A stretch of DNA of 64,000 bases. It comes from an uncultured candidatus Porisulfidus sp. Its GTDB lineage: Bacteria; Pseudomonadota; Gammaproteobacteria; Poriferisulfidales; Poriferisulfidaceae. Positions 8,975 through 18,340 of the stretch are shown here, piece by piece. Both the position numbers and the translations under genes were made by a program. The stretch covers positions 1,248,001 through 1,312,000 of the forward strand of contig OZ241993.1 of NCBI GenBank assembly GCA_965204575.1, written 5' to 3'. The notes under the pieces are model-generated. The model worked only from the letters and a program-made list of their open reading frames with translations, searched no databases and was not told where the DNA came from. Every line of letters starts with the position of its first letter. The stretch's first letter is position 1.

Positions 8975-9753
8975 GGTTGGCCGAGTCTGGCAGGGTTTCG
9001 AGGCGGCTTTGGCGGATGAGCCTCGAGATCTTCCAGAAGTTCGACTGCCGACTCATGGGTGATGCGGTCGTAGGCATCCATTGACGGCACCTCGACCGCA
9101 CGGGCGAGAAGGTCCCGCGCCTGCGCGTGGTTCGAGTTCCGGTCCAACAGCAGGAGCCCGTACGCATACTGGAAAAGCGCAAGCTTGTCGCGAGGCGCGA
9201 GTTCGAGGGCCCGTTCGAAGTGGGCGAGCGCCTCGTCCGGGCTGGCACCGTAGAGGATGCCTGCCATGATCCCTCCCCGGTGGCGGGCCTCCGCATGCCA
9301 GGAGCCAAGGCTGAAGTGGGCGGAGGCCATGTCCGGTTCAATCCGAAGCGCCTCCTCGAGCGCCTCGCGTACTTTTTCTGGATATCCTTGGTCGAGCGCT
9401 ACCGTGAGGGCGACGGTTTGCGTGTGTCGCCCCAGGGCATGCGCCAGCTGGAGGTAAGCCTCCGGATTGCGGGGGTCCAGCCGCACCGCCTGTTCTGCCA
9501 ATTGCGCCGCCTGCCTGAGCAGGACCTGCTTCTCGTCATCTTTTGCCAAGTGATAGCCATGGATCGCCAGGGATTGTGCCGCAAAGGCATAACCTTCGGA
9601 GGTTTTGAGAGCTTCGGCAAGTTCAGCCGCCTCGACGAATCTCCCTTCGGCGAAAGCGGCGCGCGCCGCTTCGATCGATTGAGCATTAGCGGCACTTGCC
9701 AGAAGAGCCGCGCACGCGATTGTCAGACAGGCCAGGGCCGGAGCCTTGTTCAT
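8971..9753 (-). CDS. Secreted TPR-repeat protein
   Basis: Signal peptide ending ANA; TPR-like repeats (AVRLDPRNPEAYLQLA, ALRIEPDMASAHFSLG, ALELAP). Confidence 0.75.
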   Translation of the reverse strand: MNKAPALACLTIACAALLASAANAQSIEAARAAFAEGRFVEAAELAEALKTSEGYAFAAQSLAIHGYHLAKDDEKQVLLRQAAQLAEQAVRLDPRNPEAYLQLAHALGRHTQTVALTVALDQGYPEKVREALEEALRIEPDMASAHFSLGSWHAEARHRGGIMAGILYGASPDEALAHFERALELAPRDKLALFQYAYGLLLLDRNSNHAQARDLLARAVEVPSMDAYDRITHESAVELLEDLEAHPPKPPRNPARLGQP

Positions 9754-10154
9754 CGGGTGTCCTCGTTCTGGGAGAAAGCTTCAGGCTTGGCGCTGAGCGC
9801 CCGCCTCATCTGGGCCTCAGTGACGGGCAGTTCCAGTGCCGCATGGAAGTCGTAACGCCCCTTGATCCGCCCGAATTGTTTTCGGTGCTCGGGTTCCATG
9901 ATGACCAGGGTCTGGATTCCGGGGGTTCTTTGAACCAGCGCGATCATTGACTCCAGGCTGCTGGTGCGGTCGCGGAAGTCGGACTGGAAATTGAATTCGC
10001 AGACGATGACGTCGGGAGGCTGCCGCTTGATGCTGGCTAGTGCCTTGCGCATGGACGCGCAGACCTCGACCGAAAAATCCAGTTGCCGGTACAACGGCGT
10101 GAAATCGGGGTAGCCGCCCAGCTCGATGATGGCGAGCAGGCGGCGCGCACTCAT
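9750..10154 (-). CDS. Receiver-fold (CheY-like) protein with atypical active site
   Basis: SMRKAL...PPDVIVCEF pattern; Glu sits where the phospho-accepting Asp is expected; 4-bp overlaps with both neighbours. Confidence 0.6.
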   Translation of the reverse strand: MSARRLLAIIELGGYPDFTPLYRQLDFSVEVCASMRKALASIKRQPPDVIVCEFNFQSDFRDRTSSLESMIALVQRTPGIQTLVIMEPEHRKQFGRIKGRYDFHAALELPVTEAQMRRALSAKPEAFSQNEDTR

Positions 10155-10729
10155 GCGCTGTTCTCGGCCTGGGCTCCGGCCCCTGGATGGGGCGCGATGG
10201 TTCCGGTATGCACCCGGCCGTTGCCGGGCCCGTGTTCCAAGTACAGTTCAAGGTTCGCCCGGATGACGTCGAAGGCGATGGCGTCCCAGGGGATTTCGTC
10301 TGGTGCGACCAGTTCGGTCTGGGAGGATTCCGGGCCGGGCTCCGCCTTGCCGCCGACCAGCGTCCCGCAATACATGGAGTAGATCTGCGAAATATGCGGG
10401 AGGCTGTACATGGAGAACAGCTGGATGTCCTCGATTGCCGCATTGGCTTCCTCCATGCACTCGCGGCGGGCGCATTCCTCGACCGTCTCATGGTTTTCCA
10501 TGAAGCCGGCGGGGAGCGTCCACAATCCGAACTTGGGTTTAATGGCGCGCTTGCACAACAGGATTTTCCCCTCCCATTCCAGAATGGCACCGGCGACCAT
10601 CAACGGATTTTGGTAGATGATGTAGCCGCAGCGCCCGCACACGTTCCGGCGTTTGGTGTCGCCGGGCGGAATCCGGTATTCGAGGCTGCCGGCGCCGCAC
10701 TGCGGGCAGTAGAGGGGTTTGGCGTACAT
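10151..10729 (-). CDS. NUDIX hydrolase with N-terminal Zn ribbon
   Basis: YCPQCG...CGRCG.I.YQNP; Nudix box GFMENHETVEECARRECMEEA; start reassigned to MYAKP. Confidence 0.93.
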   Translation of the reverse strand: MYAKPLYCPQCGAGSLEYRIPPGDTKRRNVCGRCGYIIYQNPLMVAGAILEWEGKILLCKRAIKPKFGLWTLPAGFMENHETVEECARRECMEEANAAIEDIQLFSMYSLPHISQIYSMYCGTLVGGKAEPGPESSQTELVAPDEIPWDAIAFDVIRANLELYLEHGPGNGRVHTGTIAPHPGAGAQAENSA

Positions 10730-10742
10730 GGGGTCTCCCGTA

Positions 10743-11585
10743 TCAGGTGTTTCCGGTGGCGATGGGACGTGCAGGGTCCCGAATCCATTCGCTCCACGAG
10801 CCGACGTATAGCCGGCCCGGTTCCAGCCCGGCATGCGCCATGGCCAGGAAGTTGTGACAGGCGGTGACGCCGGAACCGCATGAGTGACAGACGGGCCGGG
10901 GATCGTCGGCCAGCGGTTCAAACCGCTGGCGCAGGGCTTCCAGCGGTTTGAAACATCCGTTTTCGTCAAGATTTTCCTGGAACGGCAGGTTCCGGGAGCC
11001 GGGGATGTGCCCGCCTACGGCATCAAGTGGCTCGTACTGCCCGGAAAACCGCTCGGGTGCGCGTGCGTCGATGAGTTGAACCCGATCCTGGTCCAGGGAG
11101 TCCACCACGGCCTCGGTGGTCAGCCACAGGTCTTCCTGCGGTGAGGCAGCATAGGGAGTTTCCGACTCAGGCGGTATCTCGTCCGACACCGGACGGCCTT
11201 CACGCATCCACTTGGGCCAGCCGCCGTTGAGCAGGGCGGCGTTCGAATGCCCGGACCAGCGCAGCAGCCACCACATTCGTCCGGCGATCGCCCCGCCCAT
11301 GTCGTCGTAGACCACGACCTGTGAATCCGCCTGGATGCCCCAGGCTCCAAGCCGGGCTGCAAATGCGTCGATGGCGGGCAGCGGGTGCCGGCCGCTGTTT
11401 TCGTTAGCATGGGAAGCCATGTCGTCGTCAAGATGCGCATAGTGCGCGCCTGGGACGTGACTTTCCCGCCACGCCTCGCGGCCGGCCTCCGGACGCTTGA
11501 GGTTGAAGCGGCAATCCAGCACGACCAACTCGGGTGTCCCAAGCAGGTCCGCTAACTGCGCCGTCTCAATCAGGGTCGAATACAT
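10743..11585 (-). CDS. sseA: Tandem-rhodanese sulfurtransferase (3-mercaptopyruvate/thiosulfate)
   Basis: HVPGA, GRHPLP, GHIPG, CGSGVTAC active loop, LYVGSWSEW. Confidence 0.93.
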   Translation of the reverse strand: MYSTLIETAQLADLLGTPELVVLDCRFNLKRPEAGREAWRESHVPGAHYAHLDDDMASHANENSGRHPLPAIDAFAARLGAWGIQADSQVVVYDDMGGAIAGRMWWLLRWSGHSNAALLNGGWPKWMREGRPVSDEIPPESETPYAASPQEDLWLTTEAVVDSLDQDRVQLIDARAPERFSGQYEPLDAVGGHIPGSRNLPFQENLDENGCFKPLEALRQRFEPLADDPRPVCHSCGSGVTACHNFLAMAHAGLEPGRLYVGSWSEWIRDPARPIATGNT

Positions 11586-11675
11586 AATGTTGTCCCTCGC
11601 GATCACCCGGAAGATTTACGCATCGAAAATCAGAGAATGACAAGTGCCAGCAATTATAGCGACTGTTCCTCGCGG

Positions 11676-12668
11676 CTACGTGAACGCGGTGAAAATCGCC
11701 CTCTCCGGGGCTGGAAACCCCTCGACGGTACGGGTCGAATCCTCCGGATTCAGAGAGTCCTGGAGTGAATGGAACGGCATCCAGTCAGTCGTGCGTTGCT
11801 CTTCGACCGTGGTTGCGGCCCGGTTCGCGCAGCGGGGAGACTGGAAGCCGGCTTCGTCCAGCAGTCGAAGGATGTGGTCGGGGTGCAGCAGGGCCCAGAC
11901 GTTGCGCATATTGGCGTAGCGCCCCTCGATCGGGAGCATGCCGGACGCGGGCGTTTCCTCGCTGACCAGCGTCTCGAGCACCAGTTCGCCGCCCGGTTCC
12001 AGATACCGGCGGAGTTGCTGCAGGTGTTCCCGGGGATCCCGCCGGTGATGCAGCACGCCCATCGAGAAGATGCTGTCGAACGGGCCCTCGGGCAGGTCCT
12101 CGAACCGGGCCGGGATCATCCAGGCGGGAAGCTTAGGCGGCAAAAAGCGTGTCAACGCGGCGAACTGCCAGTTCGCGAGCCAGTTCGAATCCACGCCCAG
12201 GGCAAGGCGGGCACCGAGTCCGACCATACGCAGCAGGTAGTAGCCGTTGCCGCTCCCCACATCCAGGATCCGGCGTCCCTCCAGACCGGAAATATGGGGA
12301 AGGACGCGGTTCCATTTCATGAAACTCCGCCATTCCGCATCGACGGAGACGCCGAACACGGAAAAGGGGCCCTTGCGCCAGGGCACGAGTTCCCGAAGCC
12401 CGGAGGCCAGGCCGGCCTGCTGTTCGGCATCCATCTCTTCCGGCGCGCCGATCTCCGGCTGGTCGGCATTCAGTTCGACATGCCGGGCCTGGCACCGGGG
12501 CAGGGCGTGGACGGCCGCTTGCCAGCGCGGGAAATCCCCGTGTTCCGGATGTGCCCACCGCTGTGCGGAGAGATCCAGCCATTCGCCCAGATCACACGAC
12601 TGCAGGAGCTCGGTCAGTCCGGCGTCGCGTTCCGGCGTATGGCCAGCATGGAGGTGAAGTGAAGGCAT
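11676..12668 (-). CDS. cmoB: tRNA U34 carboxymethyltransferase (start uncertain)
   Basis: PWRKGPF, DAEWRSFMKW, LDVGSGNGYY, SMGVLHHR, RYANMRNVW. Confidence 0.93.
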   Translation of the reverse strand: MPSLHLHAGHTPERDAGLTELLQSCDLGEWLDLSAQRWAHPEHGDFPRWQAAVHALPRCQARHVELNADQPEIGAPEEMDAEQQAGLASGLRELVPWRKGPFSVFGVSVDAEWRSFMKWNRVLPHISGLEGRRILDVGSGNGYYLLRMVGLGARLALGVDSNWLANWQFAALTRFLPPKLPAWMIPARFEDLPEGPFDSIFSMGVLHHRRDPREHLQQLRRYLEPGGELVLETLVSEETPASGMLPIEGRYANMRNVWALLHPDHILRLLDEAGFQSPRCANRAATTVEEQRTTDWMPFHSLQDSLNPEDSTRTVEGFPAPERAIFTAFT

Positions 12669-13369
12669 TGGAACCATACGGTAACGGGATCGAATCCGGC
12701 TGCCGCCAGGCGTTCGCGGTGGGCGGGCAGCGAGTCGCGCACCAGCACCCGCTCCAGGGCGGTGCGTTTCTGGCTGATTTCCAGTTCGCTGTAGCCCTGG
12801 GCGCGCTTGAAGTCCTCGTACCGCTTCTGGACGAGACTTTCCGCCGGTTCGTCGAACCGGATTTTTTCGGTCAGGATCAATGCCCCGCCCGGGCGCAGGG
12901 CTCGGGCGACCCGCTGCAGCAATGGCAAACGGTCTTCCGGCGGCAGGAATTGCAGGGTCAGGCTGAGGACGACCACGTCGGCCGATTCCAGTTCGACTTT
13001 CCGGATATCTGCGCAGCGGTACCGCACGGGCAAGCCGGACACGTGGGGGCAACGCGCAATCATGTCCGGCGATGAATCGATGGCCAGTATCGGATGCGTC
13101 GTACCCAGCCGCGTACTCAGCGCACGCGTTACGGTGCCAAGGGAACAACCCAGGTCGTAGCAGGTCGCGCCGGCCTGCGCGTACCTCCCGCCCAGCACGG
13201 CGGTGCCGTGGACGAGGCTGGCGTATCCCGGGACCGAGCGTTCGACCATGTCTTGGAAGACATCGGCAACCTCCGCATCGAAGCGGAATCGCTCCGCATC
13301 GCGGGGCGCGGCGTACAGCGAATCGGGAGCGAGGCCCGGGGATTCCGGCTCGGGCTCCTCCGGCGTCAT
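12614..13369 (-). CDS. cmoA: Carboxy-S-adenosyl-L-methionine synthase
   Basis: FRFDAEVADVFQDMVERSVPGY, YDLGCSLG, FKRAQGYSELEISQKR.ALE. Confidence 0.95.
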   Translation of the reverse strand: MTPEEPEPESPGLAPDSLYAAPRDAERFRFDAEVADVFQDMVERSVPGYASLVHGTAVLGGRYAQAGATCYDLGCSLGTVTRALSTRLGTTHPILAIDSSPDMIARCPHVSGLPVRYRCADIRKVELESADVVVLSLTLQFLPPEDRLPLLQRVARALRPGGALILTEKIRFDEPAESLVQKRYEDFKRAQGYSELEISQKRTALERVLVRDSLPAHRERLAAAGFDPVTVWFQCLHFTSMLAIRRNATPD

Positions 13370-14628
13370 ACGGAGAAAGGCAGCAGTTTCTTCGGTACCG
13401 CGATGTTTTTCAGGGTCGCATATTCCGGCAATCCGCCCTTGAACGGGGGAGGGCTCTCGCCCCGGACCAGTGGCGCCAGGTAGGTCCGGCATCGGCCGGT
13501 GATGCGGAAACCGTTGCGGCTGATGTAGCTGCGCGGCATCTTCCGTTCGCGGTTGGCCACCCGGGACAGGGCGACCTGCCCGATCTTCCAGCGGTACGGC
13601 CTGTTGGAGGTGCGCACGATGGTGGGCATGATCGCGGTTTGTCCGGCCAAGGCGAATCGGACCGCGGCGCGGCCGACCGCATAGGCCTGCCTCAGGTCGG
13701 TCTTCGAGGCGATGTGACGGGCTGAGCGCTGCAGGTAATCGGCCACGGCCCAGTGGTACTTGTAGCCCAGTTTCTCCTTGACCATCTGCGCGAGGATCAC
13801 GGCGTTCCCGCCGAGCTGCGCATGGCCGAACACGTCCCGGGTGCCGGCTTCGGCCAGGAACTTCCCGTCCTTGGTGCGCACGCCTTCGGAGGCGACGATG
13901 GCGCAATACCCGAAACGCTTGACGCAATGGTCGACCCGGGCCAGAAAGACTTCGGGGTTGAACGGGATCTCCGGAAACAGGATCAGGTGCGGAGGCTCGG
14001 AGGGAGATCGCGAGGCCAGGCCGCCGGCCGCGGCGATCCAACCCGCGTGACGCCCCATCACCTCCAGGATGAAGACCTTGGTCGACGTAGCCGCCATGCA
14101 GGCGACGTCCAGTCCTGCTTCACGGATCGAAGTGGCCACGTACTTCGCGACCGAGCCGAACCCCGGGCAGTTGTCGGTGACCGGCAGGTCGTTGTCGACG
14201 GTCTTCGGGATGCCGATGCAGCGGATGGGGTAGCCGAGCCGGTCGGCGAGCTGGGAGACCTTCCACGCGGTGTCCTGCGAGTCCCCGCCGCCGTTGTAGA
14301 AGAAGTAGCCGATGTCGTGCGCGCTGAACACCTCGATCAGGCGTTCGTACTGGGCCTGGTTCTCCTCCAGTCCCTTGAGCTTGTAGCGGCAGGAGCCGAA
14401 TGCGGCGCCGGGGGTGTGGCGCAGTGCGGCGATGGTGCGGGCGGTTTCGCGGTGGGTGTCGATCAGATCCTCGGTCAGTGCGCCGAGGATGCCGTTGCGC
14501 CCGGCATAGACCCGGCCGATGCGCGAGCGGTTCGCCCGGGCCGTCTCGATCACGCCGCAGGCCGAGGCGTTGATGACCGAGGTCGGCCCGCCGGACTGGG
14601 CATAGAAGGCGTTGCGGCGCGTGGTCAC
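13366..14628 (-). CDS. 6-phosphofructokinase, probably pyrophosphate-dependent
   Basis: YAQSGGPTSVIN, NGGGDS, PKTVDND, MGRHAGW; the Asp and Lys at the specificity positions are those associated with PPi use; GTG start. Confidence 0.9.
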   Translation of the reverse strand: MTTRRNAFYAQSGGPTSVINASACGVIETARANRSRIGRVYAGRNGILGALTEDLIDTHRETARTIAALRHTPGAAFGSCRYKLKGLEENQAQYERLIEVFSAHDIGYFFYNGGGDSQDTAWKVSQLADRLGYPIRCIGIPKTVDNDLPVTDNCPGFGSVAKYVATSIREAGLDVACMAATSTKVFILEVMGRHAGWIAAAGGLASRSPSEPPHLILFPEIPFNPEVFLARVDHCVKRFGYCAIVASEGVRTKDGKFLAEAGTRDVFGHAQLGGNAVILAQMVKEKLGYKYHWAVADYLQRSARHIASKTDLRQAYAVGRAAVRFALAGQTAIMPTIVRTSNRPYRWKIGQVALSRVANRERKMPRSYISRNGFRITGRCRTYLAPLVRGESPPPFKGGLPEYATLKNIAVPKKLLPFSV

Positions 14629-14644
14629 GATGGGGCGGGATGCG

Positions 14645-15823
14645 CTACAACTGGCGCAGTTCGTCCGACACGGCCATCGGCGACGGATAGAACATGACAA
14701 TCCAGTAGGAAGAGATGATGAACGTGAACAGGGTGGTGGTCTGGATGACGTAGGAGGCGTTCTCGCTGATGACGCCGCCGGCCAGCGCCAGCACCGCGAT
14801 CAGCAGGGAGAACTCGCTGACGTTCGCCAGTCGCACGCCGACCGCGTGGGCGCGCTTCGTCTTCTCCCCTGCCCGGACCAGCAGGGCGCGGAACATCCAA
14901 GGCTTGCTGGCCATCACGAACGCGGTCAACAGCACCGCCGGGATCAGCACGTCCATCAGGATGTGCCAGTTGTATCCGGCGCCGACGGCGAAGAAGAAAA
15001 TGACCAGGAAGAAGTCGCGCAGGGGCTTGAGCACTTCCGCCACGAATTTCGCGATCGGGCTCGAGGCCACCGCGACCCCGGCGATGAACGCGCCGGTTTC
15101 CGCCGACAGGCCGAGCACGGCGGCGAGTTCCGCCACGCCCAGGCACCAGCCGATGACCAGTAGGAAAATATATTCCTGGATCTGGTCGAAACGGGCGAAC
15201 AGCGGAGTGAGCACGTAGCGCTGGAACAGCAGTGCGAATGCGGCGAGCAGGGGCAGGCTCAGGAGTACAAAGAGGATTTCCCATGCGCCGGTGCCGGCTC
15301 CTCCACCGCCGGAGGACATCAGCTCGATCAGGATCAGGATGATGATGGCGAGCAGGTCCTGCAGGAGCAGGATGCTGATCATCAGTTCGCCCGTGATCTG
15401 GTGGTGCAGGACTGTGGTCGGCAGGAGTTTCAGTCCGATGATGGTGCTGGAGAACATCATGGCGGCGCCGATGAAGGCGCAGTCGAGCAGGGAGAAGCCG
15501 AGCGCGTAGCAGATCGCGCCGCCGCCCACCGCGAAGAACCCGGAGGTGGCGCCGGTGATGACGGCGGTCTTGCGGAACAGGTGCAGCAGTTTCTGCGGTT
15601 CCAGGTTGAGGCCCAGCAGGAACAGCAGGAACATGATGCCGATGTGCGCCACGTTCTCGACCATTTGCGTGTCCGCCACCAGCCCTGCGCCGAACGGCCC
15701 CACAATCAGGCCGAGCAGGATGTACGCGATCAGCATCGTCTGACGCGCAAACAGGGAGAGGGTGGCCAGAACGGCCGCGCCCGTGAAAATCAAGAAGATC
15801 GTAAAGACGACGTCGGTAGTCAC
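14645..15823 (-). CDS. Cation:proton antiporter (CPA2/Kef-type, membrane domain only)
   Basis: About 12 hydrophobic helices; GIMFLLFLLGL, SSTIIG.KLL, ILLLQD, GAFIAG, RDFFL, SEFS. Confidence 0.9.
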   Translation of the reverse strand: MTTDVVFTIFLIFTGAAVLATLSLFARQTMLIAYILLGLIVGPFGAGLVADTQMVENVAHIGIMFLLFLLGLNLEPQKLLHLFRKTAVITGATSGFFAVGGGAICYALGFSLLDCAFIGAAMMFSSTIIGLKLLPTTVLHHQITGELMISILLLQDLLAIIILILIELMSSGGGGAGTGAWEILFVLLSLPLLAAFALLFQRYVLTPLFARFDQIQEYIFLLVIGWCLGVAELAAVLGLSAETGAFIAGVAVASSPIAKFVAEVLKPLRDFFLVIFFFAVGAGYNWHILMDVLIPAVLLTAFVMASKPWMFRALLVRAGEKTKRAHAVGVRLANVSEFSLLIAVLALAGGVISENASYVIQTTTLFTFIISSYWIVMFYPSPMAVSDELRQL

Positions 15824-15937
15824 GGATTTGTTTTTATATTGCCGGGCGACCGCATTTTAGCAGTAGGGGGGCATGAGATGAATGTCGGAGTATGATTATC
15901 TGACGCTTAGGAATGATTTGCTTGGCTTGTCACGATA

Positions 15938-17125
15938 ATGCCGCCCAAACGAAGGTTCTATTCTGGCAAGAATTACAGGCGAGCCTGTTCAGTCGAGGAA
16001 CTGCGAGAGATTGCGTACCGACGCACGCCGTACTTCGCGATGGAGTATGTCGAGGGTGGCGCGGAAGACGAAAGGTCTCTCACGCGCAACCGGGAAGTCT
16101 TGCGCGACATCCATTTCGTGCCGAACGTGCTGGTCGACACCAGCGGTCGACACCAGCGAATCAATTTGTTCGGGAGGGAATCCGACTCCCCCCTCGCCAT
16201 TTGCCCCACCGGCCTCAACGGCATGCTGTGTCGCGATGCGGACGTGGCTTTGGCGCGGGCGGCGGAGAAACACGGCATCCCGTTCTGCCTGGGGACGCTC
16301 TCGACGACCCGCCTGGAACGAGTTGCGCAGGAAGCCCATGGACGGCTGTGGATGCAGTTGTACGCCATGACCCAGCGCGAGATCACGCAGGATATCCTGA
16401 ACCGCGCGGAAGAGGCCGGATATGAGGCACTGGTGTTCACCGTGGATTCCAACGTCTTCGGGAACCGGGAATGGGACCGCCGCAGTTACCGTGCCCCGGC
16501 GAAACTGACCTTGCGTAACATGCTGGATGTGGCGCGGCACCCCCGGTGGGTGTGGGACGTCTTGGTCCCGCACGGCATCCCTCGCTTCGAGAACATCGTG
16601 GATTTCATGCCGCCGGAGGCGAAAAGCGCGGATGCAGGGGTGGCAATCGTGACCAAGCTGTTTGCACCCGACATCACCTGGAAGGACGTGGAGTGGCTGC
16701 GCAGGAAATGGCCGCGGAAACTCATCGTCAAGGGCATCTTGTCCCCTGCAGATGCAGTCCGGGCCGTCGAGGCCGGCTGCGATGGCCTCGTCGTCAGCAA
16801 TCATGGGGGGCGGCAACTGGACAGCAGTATCTCGTCCATCGAGGCGCTTCCCGGCATTGCAGCGCAAGTGGGTGGGAAGGCGGCGATTCTCGTGGACAGC
16901 GGCTTCCGGCGTGGCACGGATATCGTGAAGGCGCTGGCGTTGGGCGCGGACACGGTCATGGTCGGGCGCGCCACGCTGTTCGGCTTGGCGGCCGGCGGGG
17001 AGACTGGAGCCGGCTACGCGCTTTCGATCTTGGCCGAGGAAATCGACCGCACGCTGGGCCAACTGGGATGCCGCTCGGTCTCCGAACTCGGCCCGCATCT
17101 TCTGAAGTGTCCATTCGAGGTCTGA
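15938..17125 (+). CDS. FMN-dependent alpha-hydroxy-acid dehydrogenase (L-lactate/mandelate dehydrogenase family)
   Basis: YVEGGAEDE, PTG, VKGIL, SNHGGRQLD, DSGFRRG.D..KALALGA. Confidence 0.93.
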   Translation: MPPKRRFYSGKNYRRACSVEELREIAYRRTPYFAMEYVEGGAEDERSLTRNREVLRDIHFVPNVLVDTSGRHQRINLFGRESDSPLAICPTGLNGMLCRDADVALARAAEKHGIPFCLGTLSTTRLERVAQEAHGRLWMQLYAMTQREITQDILNRAEEAGYEALVFTVDSNVFGNREWDRRSYRAPAKLTLRNMLDVARHPRWVWDVLVPHGIPRFENIVDFMPPEAKSADAGVAIVTKLFAPDITWKDVEWLRRKWPRKLIVKGILSPADAVRAVEAGCDGLVVSNHGGRQLDSSISSIEALPGIAAQVGGKAAILVDSGFRRGTDIVKALALGADTVMVGRATLFGLAAGGETGAGYALSILAEEIDRTLGQLGCRSVSELGPHLLKCPFEV

Positions 17126-17132
17126 GAGCGGC

Positions 17133-17693
17133 ATGCATATCGATACCGGGAGCGGACGTCTTCGCGAGGCACGGCAAGTGGAATCGCCGAACCGTGACGG
17201 TCGGCCGGAGGGTTGCGGCATCGACTTGGTGGTCATTCACGGCATCAGCCTCCCGCCGGGGGAGTTCGGCTCGGACGACATCGAGCGCCTGTTCACGAAC
17301 ACGCTGGACCCGGATGCCCATCCATTCTTCCGGGAAATTAAGGATCTGCGCGTGTCGGCGCACCTGCTGGTCCGCCGCGACGGGGAACTGGTGCAGTTCG
17401 TGCCGTTCCATGAACGCGCCTGGCATGCCGGGGAATCTCGCTTCGAGGGGCGGGAGCAGTGCAACGACTTTTCAATCGGCATCGAATTGGAAGGCACGGA
17501 CGAGCAGCCGTACGAAACGGTGCAGGTCGAAACACTGGCCGAAGTGATCCGGGCTTTATGCGAGGCGTATCCCGGGCTGACCCCGGAGAGGGTGGTGGGG
17601 CACAGCGACGTTTCACCAGAACGCAAGACCGACCCGGGGCCGTATTTCGACTGGGACGGTCTTCGGGCCTTGCTAGCCGGCTCTGGGCTTTAA
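17133..17693 (+). CDS. ampD: 1,6-anhydro-N-acetylmuramyl-L-alanine amidase
   Basis: [38 protein letters not shown]...RKTDPGP.FDW. Confidence 0.97.
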   Translation: MHIDTGSGRLREARQVESPNRDGRPEGCGIDLVVIHGISLPPGEFGSDDIERLFTNTLDPDAHPFFREIKDLRVSAHLLVRRDGELVQFVPFHERAWHAGESRFEGREQCNDFSIGIELEGTDEQPYETVQVETLAEVIRALCEAYPGLTPERVVGHSDVSPERKTDPGPYFDWDGLRALLAGSGL

Positions 17694-18071
17694 CCGTAGC
17701 GAGACGGAGTTGATGCAGTAGCGCAGGCCGCCGGGCGCCGGGCCGTCCGGAAAGACATGGCCCAGATGCGCGTCGCAACGCGCGCACAGGATTTCGGTGC
17801 GGATCATGCCGTAGCTCGAGTCCGTCTGCTCATCCAGGCATTGTGTATCGACAGGCCGGGTGAAGCTTGGCCAGCCCGTCCCGGAGTCGAACTTGTCCTG
17901 CGAGTCGAACAGGGGCTGCCCGCAGCAGGCGCAGAGATACACGCCGTCTTCCTTGCAGTTCCAGTAGTCTCCCTGGAAGGGGCGCTCGGTGCCCTTGCGG
18001 CGGCATACGGCGAACTGCTCGGTGCTTAATTCCGCTCGCCATTCGGCCTCGCTGCGTTGCAGTTTCTCCAT
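17673..18071 (-). CDS. msrB: Peptide-methionine (R)-S-oxide reductase
   Basis: [33 protein letters not shown]. Confidence 0.97.
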   Translation of the reverse strand: MEKLQRSEAEWRAELSTEQFAVCRRKGTERPFQGDYWNCKEDGVYLCACCGQPLFDSQDKFDSGTGWPSFTRPVDTQCLDEQTDSSYGMIRTEILCARCDAHLGHVFPDGPAPGGLRYCINSVSLRLKPRAG

Positions 18072-18175
18072 TTCGCCACTATACCGGATGCGAAAGCGAC
18101 CGGGGAGTCACGGACACCTCTTGCGGTACAATGTCGCCTGTTCCGACCTACGCACCAATAGATGAGGAGAACGCT

Positions 18176-18256
18176 ATGAGTGGATGGGCTTGGATGGCGA
18201 TCGGCGCCACCGTCCTTGCCGTGGTGATCATGCAGATCGCCATGCGTATCAAGTAA
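18176..18256 (+). CDS. 26-aa single-TM small protein (putative)
   Basis: GAGGAG RBS, then MSGWAWMAIGATVLAVVIMQIAMRIK; hydrophobic helix with basic C-terminus; GC3-rich codons. Confidence 0.55.
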   Translation: MSGWAWMAIGATVLAVVIMQIAMRIK

Positions 18257-18340
18257 CCCGGCTGAGATTCAGCCGCCTCCACGAAAGGACGTGGTCATGC
18301 GTCCTTTCCATATGGGTCCCGCGAAAACCCCAAGGCTGTC

